In this document: positions 38,162 to 47,767 of the stretch, one piece after another
How the letters are laid out: each line of letters begins with the position of its first letter
How positions within the stretch are numbered: the stretch's first letter is position 1
Assembly: GCA_037308085.1 (NCBI GenBank)
Contig: CP147779.1
Location: 800,001 to 864,000, forward strand
DNA: 64,000 bases
Direction of reading: 5' to 3'
Origin: Promethearchaeati archaeon SRVP18_Atabeyarchaeia-1
GTDB taxonomy: Archaea > Asgardarchaeota > Atabeyarchaeia > Atabeyarchaeales > Atabeyarchaeaceae
The notes under the pieces: model-generated
What the model saw: the letters and a program-made list of their open reading frames with translations, nothing else
The model's database searches: none
Told to the model about the DNA's origin: nothing
Made by a program: the position numbers and the translations under genes

Positions 38162-39040
38162 ATGGAAAAGAGGATCACTGAACTCACCAGTGTCATTGAA
38201 GAGAATGTGAAGGACGGAGATCTCCTAATCTTCGGAGGCATGAAGGTCAATCGCGTTCCAATTGCATGCGTACACGAAATAATCCGGCAGAAGAAGAAAA
38301 ACCTGAGTGTAATGGGTTTGCCAAACCCCCTCCCCACGGATATGCTATGTGGCGCTGGAAGCCTGAAAAGAGTAGAATTCTGCTACATGGGAATACAAGG
38401 TGACAAGGGCTTCGCTCAGATGCGCAACTTTAGACGTGCTGCTGAGCAAGGCGTCGCCGACGCTATGGAGGAAATTGGTTGGATAACAATCCAGCAGATA
38501 TTGGCTGGCGCCCTCCAAATCCCCTTCATTCCAGTTAGAGGTCTTGCAGGCACTGGAATATTGGAGGTGCGAAAAGACTTCAAGTCAATCGAAAACCCAT
38601 TTGGAGAAGAAAAGCTGATTGCTGTTCCAGCCGCCAACCCCGATGTGGCGATCCTACACGTGCAGCTTGCAGACGAATACGGGAATGCCAGACTCCTCGA
38701 TCCAGGGTTCGCAGAAGCGGAGAAACTCATCGCGCTTGCCGCGAAGAAGGTGATAGTGACAGCTGAAGAAATAGTCCCGCACGAGAAGCTACGCGGAACA
38801 GTCACTCTGCCTTACTTCATGGTTGACGCTCTCGCGCATGTTTCCTATGGTGCTTACCCCTCCGCCTGCTACAAGTACTATGGAGTCGACTGGGAGCATA
38901 TGAACACGTACCTTGAATCAAATGCGTCTCCAGAGAGCTTCGCAAACTATCTTGGCACCTACGTCTATGGGACCAAGGATCATCAAGAATTCATCGAGAG
39001 AGCTGGAGGAAAGAAGGTAATCGGTAAATTGAAGTGGTAG
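38162..39040 (+). CDS. class I CoA-transferase alpha-like subunit (GctA/AibA-like)
   Basis: VKDGD..GG; GALQIPFIP; PDVAILHVQLADEYGN. Confidence 0.88.
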   Translation: MEKRITELTSVIEENVKDGDLLIFGGMKVNRVPIACVHEIIRQKKKNLSVMGLPNPLPTDMLCGAGSLKRVEFCYMGIQGDKGFAQMRNFRRAAEQGVADAMEEIGWITIQQILAGALQIPFIPVRGLAGTGILEVRKDFKSIENPFGEEKLIAVPAANPDVAILHVQLADEYGNARLLDPGFAEAEKLIALAAKKVIVTAEEIVPHEKLRGTVTLPYFMVDALAHVSYGAYPSACYKYYGVDWEHMNTYLESNASPESFANYLGTYVYGTKDHQEFIERAGGKKVIGKLKW

Positions 39041-39054
39041 AGGTTGAGAAGAAA

Positions 39055-39867
39055 ATGAGCCAAAACGCAAAAGACTACTCAATAGATGAACTCATCTGCT
39101 CCGCGATTGCGAGAATGTTGAAGGACAGAGAGATTGTGTTCACTGGCGTTTCTTCTCCAGTGCAGATAGTCTCAATCTACCTTGCGAAAGCCACTCATGC
39201 TCCAAACCTGACTCACCTTACTATCATGGGCGCCATCGACCCAACCCCAAAGTCGCCACCAGTCTCCAGTGCTGATCCTCATTTACTTGAAGGAGCCCTT
39301 GGAGGGATCACCCTGTCAGACGTCTTCTCCCTCGGCTACAAGGGAAGAGTGGACGTTGGTTTGTTCGGGGCAGTTCAGATTGATCAGTTCGGCAACTTGA
39401 ACAATAGCGTGATAGGCCAGTACGACAAGCCCAAAGTTCGGTTACCCGGCGGAGCAGGATCGGGGGTGATGCTCAAGATATTCAAGAGATCAGTAATATT
39501 CAGATCGAGTCATGACAAGCGGGCATTCGTTGAGAAACTGCCATTCGTCACGGCTTGCGGATGGACGGAGGAGAGTGGGCTGAGACCCGGAGAAAAGGAT
39601 GCCTTCGGCTTCGTTCGCGCTGGCGGTCCAGATAAGATCATCACCAACTTGGCAGTGCTCGGCTTCGAGGAGCAGAGTAGAAGGATGAAGATAGAAACTG
39701 TACACCCTGGGGTAGAAGTGGAAACGGTTGTAGAGAACACAGGATTCGAACTAGTCATACCGAAAGTTGTTCCGGAGACGCCGCCACCTACGCAGATCGA
39801 AGTCAAATTGCTTCGGGATAAAATCGATCCGAAGGATATGCGGAAACTCGCCTTTAAGGAAAAATGA
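39055..39867 (+). CDS. class I CoA-transferase beta-like subunit (GctB/AibB-like)
   Basis: GAVQIDQFGNLN, RLPGGAG, HPGV..NTGF. Confidence 0.88.
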   Translation: MSQNAKDYSIDELICSAIARMLKDREIVFTGVSSPVQIVSIYLAKATHAPNLTHLTIMGAIDPTPKSPPVSSADPHLLEGALGGITLSDVFSLGYKGRVDVGLFGAVQIDQFGNLNNSVIGQYDKPKVRLPGGAGSGVMLKIFKRSVIFRSSHDKRAFVEKLPFVTACGWTEESGLRPGEKDAFGFVRAGGPDKIITNLAVLGFEEQSRRMKIETVHPGVEVETVVENTGFELVIPKVVPETPPPTQIEVKLLRDKIDPKDMRKLAFKEK

Positions 39868-39894
39868 GCCAGATAAGAGTAGGTTACCCAGAAA

Positions 39895-40386
39895 ATGTCC
39901 CTGAAGTACCCGGCGACTAGCTTCCGATGCATCAAATGCGGGATGTGTTGTAGAAATGATGGCAGACACCTGAGGAGAATAGTCTTAACCCCACTAGACG
40001 CTGATAGAGTAATACAGGCAACAAGCCTATCTATAGAGGGGTTCTCAAGACCATCCCACAATGCTTCCTTTCCTTTCTTTCGTATCATGAGGAAGGAATC
40101 TGGGGCATGCGTATTCCTTGGCAATGATTCAATGTGCAGAATATATGATTCAAGACCGATTGTATGCCGCTGCTATCCCTTCCCGATTGAATTTGATGAG
40201 CAAGGTGTTACCTTCTGTCCTCCTTCCAAGCACTGCCCTGGCTTAGGTCGTGGAGAAAAGTTGGAAAGAGAATTCTTTGAAAAGCTAGCCCGAGAAGTGA
40301 TCAACAATCACAGATCATGCAGGAAGATGCAAGCCGGCCCGCGTTCTCGGGAGTACCCCTTAAATAAACGTGCTCAATCTCTATAG
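39895..40386 (+). CDS. YkgJ/CxxCxxCC cysteine-cluster protein
   Basis: CIKCGMCC, CVFL, CRIY..RP..CRCYPF, CPG. Confidence 0.9.
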   Translation: MSLKYPATSFRCIKCGMCCRNDGRHLRRIVLTPLDADRVIQATSLSIEGFSRPSHNASFPFFRIMRKESGACVFLGNDSMCRIYDSRPIVCRCYPFPIEFDEQGVTFCPPSKHCPGLGRGEKLEREFFEKLAREVINNHRSCRKMQAGPRSREYPLNKRAQSL

Positions 40387-40437
40387 CCAATATGAAAACA
40401 GATAACACCTTCGATCATACTTTTCCTTGTAGGAGTC

Positions 40438-42390
40438 ATGTCTCCTGAGTCGAGTCAAGATCCCGGAGGGCAAAAAGAATTGTCAGCAGAGTACGCTGAT
40501 ATTGTTGCTGAGTCTCCTGGGAGGAAAGTGTTTCTTCTGGGGAATGAGGCCATAGCCAGAGGCGCCATCGAAGCTGGTGTGCAGGCTGCCGCAGTGTACC
40601 CTGGCACCCCGGCGTCAGAGATAGGTGACACGCTGGCCGCTGTTTCGAAAAAGGCCGGACTGTACTTCGAGTATTCTGTAAATGAGAAAGTAGCTCTTGA
40701 AGTGGTTGCGGGTTCATCCTTTCTTGGTCTGAGAGGAATGACGGCCATGAAACATGTTGGTCTTAACGTTGCTTCAGACCCGTTCATGGCGTTGGCGTAT
40801 AGCGGTATTAGAGGGGGGTTAGTCCTAGTGTCTGCTGACGACCCCGAGTGCTTCTCAAGTCAGAATGAGCAAGACAACCGTTACTATGCTCTCTTCGGAT
40901 ACTGGCCTGCGGTAGAGCCTTCAGATGCTCAGGAATGCAAAGACTTCACGGTAAAAGCTTTTGAGCTCTCAGAGAAGTTTGAACTCCCGATCATGATTCA
41001 TACCGTGACTAGGATAAGTCATTCGCGAGGGGATGTGACGCTAGGGGCGATCAGAAAGAATAGAAACAAGGCCGAATACGTAAAGGACACTTCACGCTTC
41101 GCGCTGCTGCCAGCAAACGCTAGGAAGAGACACACTGTCCTTCTAAAGAAGTTTGATGAAGTAAAGAGGTACTCAGATGAGACTGAATTCACGAAGATGT
41201 TCAATGAAGATGCAGAGGAGAAAACCGGGGTGATTACTTCAGGGGTTTCCTTCGGCTATGTCATGGATTCACTCCGCGCCCTTAACCTAAGACTTCCCGT
41301 CATGAAGATTGGAATGATCAATCCTCTGCCTGAGAAGCGCTTGAAGGATTTCATATCAAAGCTCGAGCGGATAATCGTAGTTGAGGAGCTTGAGCCATTT
41401 ATTGAAACACAGGTTGCGGCGCTCGCTTCCTACGGAGATATGAAGGTCGCCATCTTCGGCAAGCATTCTGGCCACATACCACGGGAGGGCGAGCTCTCAG
41501 TTGGAAAAGTCGCTAGCGCAGTTTCAGAAGTAACAGGCAAACCTTCACCGATTAACCTAGCCAAAACTGCAGCGAAATTGACCGAGGTATCTGGGATGCT
41601 CCCTCCCAGGCCTCCTGTTCTGTGCCCAGGTTGTCCCCACCGCGCATCCTTCTACGCAATAAAGATGGCCACAGGTGGAAAGGCGATCTATGGCAGCGAC
41701 ATAGGCTGCTACAGCCTGGGCATATTGCCACCGCAAGAAGTAGTTGACTATCTCATCTGCATGGGATCTGGGATAAGCCTCAGTAGTGGGATCAGCCACT
41801 TCACGGAGCAGCCATTGGTCGTTACGATCGGCGACTCGACATTCTTCCACGCAGGGATACCTGCACTGATTAACGCCGTATATAACCGCGCTAAATTCGT
41901 TCTGGTGGTCCTAGACAATCTTGTCACAGCCATGACAGGACATCAACCGAACCCAGCAGTGGGTGTTACAGCTGAAGGCGAGAAATCAATAAGAGTCATG
42001 ATCGAGGACGTTGCAAAAGCATGTGGCGCGGGGAAGGTTGTTGTAGTAGACCCCTTCCGTGTCAAAGAGATGCGAAAAGTGATAAGGGAGTGCATAGAAG
42101 GGGGAGAACTCTCAGTGATAGTCGCCAGGCAAGCCTGCACTCTTCAGACCGTAAGAGATAGGAGAAGGATAGGCGAATACGTCCCAACTTACTCCATTGA
42201 CAAAGAAATATGTAAGGACTGCAAGGTCTGCTACAAGGTCTTTGGTTGTCCGGCAATATCTAAACTAGGCGAAAAGGAGAAACCCGAGATAGACGCTCTA
42301 CAGTGCCTGGGTTGCGGCGTCTGCGCAACCCTCTGCCCGTACGGCGCAATAAAGGAAAGCAAGAAGGAGGCCAAAGCTAAGCAAACCTGA
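40438..42390 (+). CDS. iorA: indolepyruvate:ferredoxin oxidoreductase alpha subunit
   Basis: GNEAIARG, MKHVGLNVA, SSQNEQD, CPGCPH, GDSTFFH, C-terminal ferredoxin. Confidence 0.96.
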   Translation: MSPESSQDPGGQKELSAEYADIVAESPGRKVFLLGNEAIARGAIEAGVQAAAVYPGTPASEIGDTLAAVSKKAGLYFEYSVNEKVALEVVAGSSFLGLRGMTAMKHVGLNVASDPFMALAYSGIRGGLVLVSADDPECFSSQNEQDNRYYALFGYWPAVEPSDAQECKDFTVKAFELSEKFELPIMIHTVTRISHSRGDVTLGAIRKNRNKAEYVKDTSRFALLPANARKRHTVLLKKFDEVKRYSDETEFTKMFNEDAEEKTGVITSGVSFGYVMDSLRALNLRLPVMKIGMINPLPEKRLKDFISKLERIIVVEELEPFIETQVAALASYGDMKVAIFGKHSGHIPREGELSVGKVASAVSEVTGKPSPINLAKTAAKLTEVSGMLPPRPPVLCPGCPHRASFYAIKMATGGKAIYGSDIGCYSLGILPPQEVVDYLICMGSGISLSSGISHFTEQPLVVTIGDSTFFHAGIPALINAVYNRAKFVLVVLDNLVTAMTGHQPNPAVGVTAEGEKSIRVMIEDVAKACGAGKVVVVDPFRVKEMRKVIRECIEGGELSVIVARQACTLQTVRDRRRIGEYVPTYSIDKEICKDCKVCYKVFGCPAISKLGEKEKPEIDALQCLGCGVCATLCPYGAIKESKKEAKAKQT

Positions 42391-42471
42391 CTTCTGGTGC
42401 CGGTCATCCAAGCGGGCGGATTTCGAGTAGTTGATACACGAAGGGAATGGAGTCTCGCCGGAGTTGAGTGT

Positions 42472-43077
42472 GTGAGCAGAGATTGGCAGTATAACGTTCT
42501 AGTATGTGGAATTGGTGGGCAGGGAATTCTGACGACGGCTCAGATTCTGGCTAAGGCAGGCATGTATGAGGGATTCAAGGTGCTTATGGCGGAAATCCAC
42601 GGGATGGCTCAGAGAGGGGGTAGAGTGCCTTGCAGTGTGAGGTTTGGGGACTCGATCAGCTCACCGACTATTCCGGAGGGTGGTGCTAATCTTGTGATCT
42701 CCTTGGAGTTTGCTGAGGCCTTAACAGCACTACCGTTTGCTTCTTCGAAGACCGTGCTTGTTTTGAACAAGCAGATCAGCATTCCACCGATGATTGTGAT
42801 TGGATTAGGTAGGTACCCGACAGCTGATGAGGTTCTGGGTATGGTGAAAAAGACTTCAACGATGGTACTTGTGATTGATGCTCCCAGGATCGCCACGGAG
42901 TTAGGTTCGCAAGTGGCGGCAAACAGCGTCATGCTAGGGGCTGGTGTTGCTGCCGGGAAAGTCCCGGTCAAGAGAGAGTCTGTTGTGGAAGCCATGAAGG
43001 GTGTTTTCTCCGGGAGGAATCTCGAAGTCAATATGAAAGCTTATGAGATGGGTCGGGCCGAAGCCTTGAAAGAATAG
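42472..43077 (+). CDS. iorB: indolepyruvate:ferredoxin oxidoreductase beta subunit
   Basis: GIGGQG, EIHGMAQRGG; start chosen at GTG 42472. Confidence 0.93.
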   Translation: MSRDWQYNVLVCGIGGQGILTTAQILAKAGMYEGFKVLMAEIHGMAQRGGRVPCSVRFGDSISSPTIPEGGANLVISLEFAEALTALPFASSKTVLVLNKQISIPPMIVIGLGRYPTADEVLGMVKKTSTMVLVIDAPRIATELGSQVAANSVMLGAGVAAGKVPVKRESVVEAMKGVFSGRNLEVNMKAYEMGRAEALKE

Positions 43078-43086
43078 CATCTGCGG

Positions 43087-44331
43087 ATGGGAATCTGTGC
43101 TGGCAAACCTTTTAATTCTACATCCCTCTTCAGTTTCCAGTGCTTCGTTGCTGGTCATGCAGGTCAGTCTGTGAGTGGAGTTGTGCCGAGATTGGGTACA
43201 GATGAAGTCGCGATAATCACGACTAAGGAAGTCTCATTAGAGGACGCTCTTAGGAAGGCAATCGATGCCATAGGTGGCGTCAAACGGTTCATCAGTAGAC
43301 ACGACAGAGTTTTCATCAAACCCAATGCAGTCGTGCCATTGTCAAGTAGCTCCGGGGTCGTGACAAATCCTGCAGTAATCAATGCCCTTGTGAGGATTGT
43401 GCTGGAAGCGGGGGCTGAAAGAGTTATTGTGGGCGATTCGCCTTTCATTCCATACAAGTCGAGAGAAGTTCTTGCAAAAACAGGAATAGAAGAAGCGGCA
43501 AGAGATGCAGGCGCCGAGATCGCCTACTTGGACGAGGAGACATACACTGAGGTCAACGCGCCCGACGCAAAGATAATGAACAAGACCCGACTTCCGAAGT
43601 CTTTCCTTAGTTGCAACGTATTCATCACAGTACCAAAAATGAAGACACACAATCAGACTGTCGTTTCGCTCTCAATCAAGAACCAGCACGGGCTTCTAAG
43701 GTCAGAGGACAAGAGAATAATGCACAGGGATGACATACACCAGAAGATCGTGGACATAACGAGCGTTGCGAAGCCAAACCTGATAGTAATTGATGGAACG
43801 ATAGCCCTTGAAGGACAGGGTCCAACTTACGGGTCACCGGTTGAAGCTAATCTGTTGGTGGCAGGCACCAACGTAGTCTCAACTGATGCTGTCGCATCTT
43901 CCCTCATGGGATTCGATCCAGAAACCATTCCATCTCTCCGACTCGCACAAATTCAAGGACTAGGTACAATGGATCTAAGCAAGATCAACATCAAGGGCGA
44001 AGACCTAAAACGCACAAGGAGACAGTTTGCGAAGCCATCTACAGAGATCGTTGGGATCTTCCCCCACGTGAACGCCTATGTCGGAGGTCCTTGCCAAGGT
44101 GGCTGCTGCGCATGGACACGTGTTGGACTTGATGGAATGAAGAAGTATGGCATATTTGACAAACTTACAGAGAATGTGAACATAATAGTGGGGGTCACGC
44201 CATCAACACCTCAGAGGCTCAGCGGAAAAACATTTGTGATCGGGGACTGCGCTGCTAAGCATAAGGACAAGGGGGTATTTATCGCGGGTTGTCCTCCATT
44301 TGATACTTGGAAGATGCGAAACTACTTCTGA
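43087..44331 (+). CDS. DUF362 Fe-S protein
   Basis: IKPN, PKMKTH, LSIKN..G, EGQGP, C-terminal Cys motifs (GDC, GCPP); true start probably ~43183. Confidence 0.85.
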   Translation: MGICAGKPFNSTSLFSFQCFVAGHAGQSVSGVVPRLGTDEVAIITTKEVSLEDALRKAIDAIGGVKRFISRHDRVFIKPNAVVPLSSSSGVVTNPAVINALVRIVLEAGAERVIVGDSPFIPYKSREVLAKTGIEEAARDAGAEIAYLDEETYTEVNAPDAKIMNKTRLPKSFLSCNVFITVPKMKTHNQTVVSLSIKNQHGLLRSEDKRIMHRDDIHQKIVDITSVAKPNLIVIDGTIALEGQGPTYGSPVEANLLVAGTNVVSTDAVASSLMGFDPETIPSLRLAQIQGLGTMDLSKINIKGEDLKRTRRQFAKPSTEIVGIFPHVNAYVGGPCQGGCCAWTRVGLDGMKKYGIFDKLTENVNIIVGVTPSTPQRLSGKTFVIGDCAAKHKDKGVFIAGCPPFDTWKMRNYF

Positions 44332-44365
44332 ACGCGAGGTGCGGAACGGGTCGGTTGCTTTTCAG

Positions 44366-45403
44366 TCATTGCAGAATGACCTTATTTGTTTTCCTGCTGG
44401 CGAAGAGCTCGAAAGCCTCGTTTATCTTCTCAAGTGGGAGTCTATGGCTAATAAGAGGTTCAAGCTTGACTCTACTATTTTGAACCAGTTCGATAAACTT
44501 GTCAGCTTCACTGGCTACATGGGCAAAGCTGCCTATGATTGAAATCTCTCTCCACATTATTGCTCTAACTGCGGTTTCGACTGGTTTATCGTGCACAGCT
44601 ACAAGAAGGAATTTGCCTCCTTTTGCAGTTGCATCGAATGCCTGCGCGTAGGTTGCTGGCGCACCAGCTGCGTCGACAGTGAGGTCAACGCCGCGCCCAT
44701 TAGAGTCCTCCTTGATGAATTTGACAGGGTCGTTTTCCTTCGAGTTCACCGTGGTGTCGGCGCCTAGCTCCTTTGCCAGCAACAATCTATCTGGAACAAC
44801 ATCAATAGCAATTACTCTACCTGCACCAGCCACCCTCGCCATCTGCAACAGACACTGCCCTACAGGACCTAGACCCCATATTGCCACGGTGTCTCCAGGC
44901 ATGATATCTGCCCTGCGCAACGCGTGGGCAGCCGTGCTCAGCGTGTCACCCATTAATGACCCGACTTCATAGCTGATTCCTGAAGGTAAGTTGTAGAGAG
45001 AAGAGCTGGGAGCCATGACATATTCAGCAAAGCATCCTTCACGCGGCCCGATGGCTCCAAACACGCCTCTCTGGTCACAGAGGTTCTCTCTTCCGCTTCT
45101 ACAATAGTAGCAGACGCCACACGAGTAATGGGGCGCCGAGAACACGCGATCTCCTTTTCTGAATGACTTAACACTGGTTCCAGTCTCGACCACATCTCCG
45201 CCCCATTCATGGCCCATTATCATTGGAATCCTTGGAGCCTTCATTCCCCCTTCATACAAGTGCAGGTCCGTGCCGCATAGTGCCGCGGCTCTGACTCTCA
45301 CGAGCACTTCATCTTCTTTCGGCTGGGGAAGCTGGGTCTCCCCGATCACGAATTTGGGTTTCTTGTCAGGACCCTGAAATAGTGAAGCCTTCATCCGGAC
45401 CAT
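44366..45403 (-). CDS. Zn-dependent alcohol dehydrogenase (MDR family)
   Basis: LCGTD, GHE, CGVCYYC..C, GLGPVG. Confidence 0.95.
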   Translation of the reverse strand: MVRMKASLFQGPDKKPKFVIGETQLPQPKEDEVLVRVRAAALCGTDLHLYEGGMKAPRIPMIMGHEWGGDVVETGTSVKSFRKGDRVFSAPHYSCGVCYYCRSGRENLCDQRGVFGAIGPREGCFAEYVMAPSSSLYNLPSGISYEVGSLMGDTLSTAAHALRRADIMPGDTVAIWGLGPVGQCLLQMARVAGAGRVIAIDVVPDRLLLAKELGADTTVNSKENDPVKFIKEDSNGRGVDLTVDAAGAPATYAQAFDATAKGGKFLLVAVHDKPVETAVRAIMWREISIIGSFAHVASEADKFIELVQNSRVKLEPLISHRLPLEKINEAFELFASRKTNKVILQ

Positions 45404-45440
45404 AGGTTGAAAACACTCCAGATCTAGAAACTGATTGCAA

Positions 45441-45668
45441 CTAAGTGCGAGCTCGTTTCCACTGACTATAGGCCAGTCTTACATCCTTGTCGGTAATAGT
45501 TTTCCTGTTGGCATGCTCCGACAGTTCCCTTGCAATTCTGGAGATCTCAAGCCCGATCTCTTCTAGTGCAACAGCCAGAGCGACTGACGCCTTATCGCCA
45601 ACTCTCTCAGCTCCTGCCTTACGGATGATGCGATCGACAGAGGCCTTGGGTAGAATTGTTTCTGGCAA
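45441..45668 (-). CDS. archaeal histone (HMf-like)
   Basis: LPKASVDRIIRKAGAERV...HANRKTITDKDVRLA. Confidence 0.95.
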   Translation of the reverse strand: MPETILPKASVDRIIRKAGAERVGDKASVALAVALEEIGLEISRIARELSEHANRKTITDKDVRLAYSQWKRART

Positions 45669-45885
45669 ATCATACGTCCCCCGATTTGAGATTTAGAAGT
45701 ACTGATCGTCCCGATCGGATAATAAAGGTACCTCACTTTCTCTTTTCCTTAAAAATCCTTGTCTTTCTGAACGGCCTGATCACTTGAGTTAAGCTCCTTC
45801 AAGTCGTGATCAAAGCCAGGGGGAAGCGGTGTACCTCAGAATACGGGCTGATGGAGTTCAGGTCAACCCGCCTCCAACGAGAGAT

Positions 45886-46464
45886 TCAGCTTCTCTCATC
45901 CTGCGAGCGAATAGTGAACTCACAGAATCCTTTTTCGCATATCTTTGCCGTGTTCTCGTGCCTGGTGGCCATGCCAAGCTTACTGAACAGCGTATCGGTG
46001 TTGGCAAGGCATCCGTGTCTGCAAGGCAAGAACTTGGACTCCTTATCTCCGAGCTTATCCTTCAATTCGGCAAAAGCAGCACAGTTTGCGACCCTCAAAA
46101 CCAGCGTTTTGGGGTTGCTTTCTGCGACACTTAACTTGTCCAGCGGTCTTGTTGCCATAAACCCAAGTTCAAGGAGACGTTGGGGGACGCTGGGGAACTT
46201 CATACCGGTTTTCTCGGCCACTTGATAGATAATCACGCCAGAGCGATCCAGCGAATCCCTTTCTGACTTGGCGAGGGATACTGACAATTCGTTCACGTAT
46301 CGTCCCAGCGATTTTTGGGCGATGCCGTCAATCTCTTTGGCGTTTTTTCCCTTACATAGGGAAATGAAATCGCTAATCGCCCTGTCCATGTTGAAACTGT
46401 GTGAGAAACGTGACAACAGATCTTCTGGGAAGTAGTAATCGTACAGCTCTTCTTCATTACTCAT
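45886..46464 (-). CDS. hypothetical protein with V4R/ATC-hydrolase-like Cys pattern
   Basis: ATG at 46464 overlaps the upstream stop; VANC..LPCRHGC..GFCEFTI. Confidence 0.6.
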   Translation of the reverse strand: MSNEEELYDYYFPEDLLSRFSHSFNMDRAISDFISLCKGKNAKEIDGIAQKSLGRYVNELSVSLAKSERDSLDRSGVIIYQVAEKTGMKFPSVPQRLLELGFMATRPLDKLSVAESNPKTLVLRVANCAAFAELKDKLGDKESKFLPCRHGCLANTDTLFSKLGMATRHENTAKICEKGFCEFTIRSQDERS

Positions 46465-46733
46465 TGTCCCTTCTTCTCCTCTTGGGGTACTAGCCTTATT
46501 GCGCCCTTTGGGCAGACAGAGGTGCAAAGGTTGCAGAGAACGCACGCTGCCTGAAAGGGTGCGAATAGGAAGAACTCTTTGCTCAATGCATACTTCTTCA
46601 CTTTTGTGGGTATTGCCGCAAAAACCGCTTCTGGGCAGACTTGCATACATTTCTTGCACTCCATGGGATTTCTGCACTTCGAGGCGTCCACCTCAATCTT
46701 GACGCTTCCCAGCTTCTTCATTGGCCAGTTCAT
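46461..46733 (-). CDS. ferredoxin 2x[4Fe-4S]
   Basis: CRNPMECKKCMQVCP; CVLCNLCTSVCP. Confidence 0.85.
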   Translation of the reverse strand: MNWPMKKLGSVKIEVDASKCRNPMECKKCMQVCPEAVFAAIPTKVKKYALSKEFFLFAPFQAACVLCNLCTSVCPKGAIRLVPQEEKKGQ

Positions 46734-46748
46734 CCTCCAAGCCTCGAC

Positions 46749-47564
46749 CTACCACGAGTCTGCAAGAATAGGAAACTTTGACTTTGGTTCTAGGTGAATT
46801 GCCTGTCTAGAGCATCCAGTTTGGCATAATCCACAACCAAAACATCTGAACATATCTATTGTTACTTTCTCAGAAGACGGGGAATACTTTAGCGCGCCAA
46901 ATTGGCAGCGCGAAACGCAAGCTCTGCAGCCGTTACACTTGCTAGTATCTACGAGGGCCACGTAGTGCCCCTTGACAAGAGCTTTGACGTCGTAGTCGAG
47001 TCTCCCGCGAAGCCCAATACATGACTCATACTCGCAGTTGCAGATGCCGCCAATGAAGGGCGTGCCGAAGGTCCAAGTTGTGTGGACAACGCCTTTTCTA
47101 TCTAGCTTCTCGATGAACTTTTTGGCCTCGCCTGGAGATATGAAATCGACGCCTCCTCGGTAAGTGTCGGGCCAGCGCTCCCATTTATACATCCCAGCGC
47201 CGATGCCTAGGCAATAGAAGTTCTCCTCATCAGGCATTCCTCTTGCCTGTCTTCTGCAGGCACACGTAATGGTTGCTATCGGCCACGCTATGTCTAAGAT
47301 TCTCTCCATGTCCTGTAAAGGGACTACCTGTCCAAAATGTGTGCGGTGAAGAAAACCTTCAATGTTCTTCTTTACTGATGGCCATTGCTCAGTGTTAATT
47401 TTAGAAACGGCATCCTTTAGCTGTTCAAGGACGACACGTTGGAAATCGACGTCACTCCCGCCCTTTGCTTCTGCCTTTCTCTCTTTGTATATCTTCCTAG
47501 CGTAGTTTTTTGCGTTAAGGTACCATAGCTTTCCGTCCCCGTGTTGGATACACCAGTCACACAT
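46749..47564 (-). CDS. 4Fe-4S binding protein
   Basis: MCDWCIQHG, CACR, ICNC, two C-terminal ferredoxin motifs. Confidence 0.85.
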   Translation of the reverse strand: MCDWCIQHGDGKLWYLNAKNYARKIYKERKAEAKGGSDVDFQRVVLEQLKDAVSKINTEQWPSVKKNIEGFLHRTHFGQVVPLQDMERILDIAWPIATITCACRRQARGMPDEENFYCLGIGAGMYKWERWPDTYRGGVDFISPGEAKKFIEKLDRKGVVHTTWTFGTPFIGGICNCEYESCIGLRGRLDYDVKALVKGHYVALVDTSKCNGCRACVSRCQFGALKYSPSSEKVTIDMFRCFGCGLCQTGCSRQAIHLEPKSKFPILADSW

Positions 47565-47767
47565 TGCCTTATGGCAAGCCCCCGAGCTGCGCGTCTACTA
47601 CCTAGTTGGGTAATGATCATAATGCTATTTAGCTATTCTTGTGTTCCGGGTCCGGCGACTGGGAGCCAGAACCCGCTCGATATTGAAGCCATAGCGGCAA
47701 GGTTCGCCGGAAGTATTGATTTCAATTCTCTCTTCCTCGTGCAAGACTATATATCCGGGGTTTCAAC

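Noticed and set aside
46465-46677. N-terminal extension of ORF 45886-46677
   Set aside because: Overlaps the ferredoxin gene in another frame; the ATG at 46464 is translationally coupled
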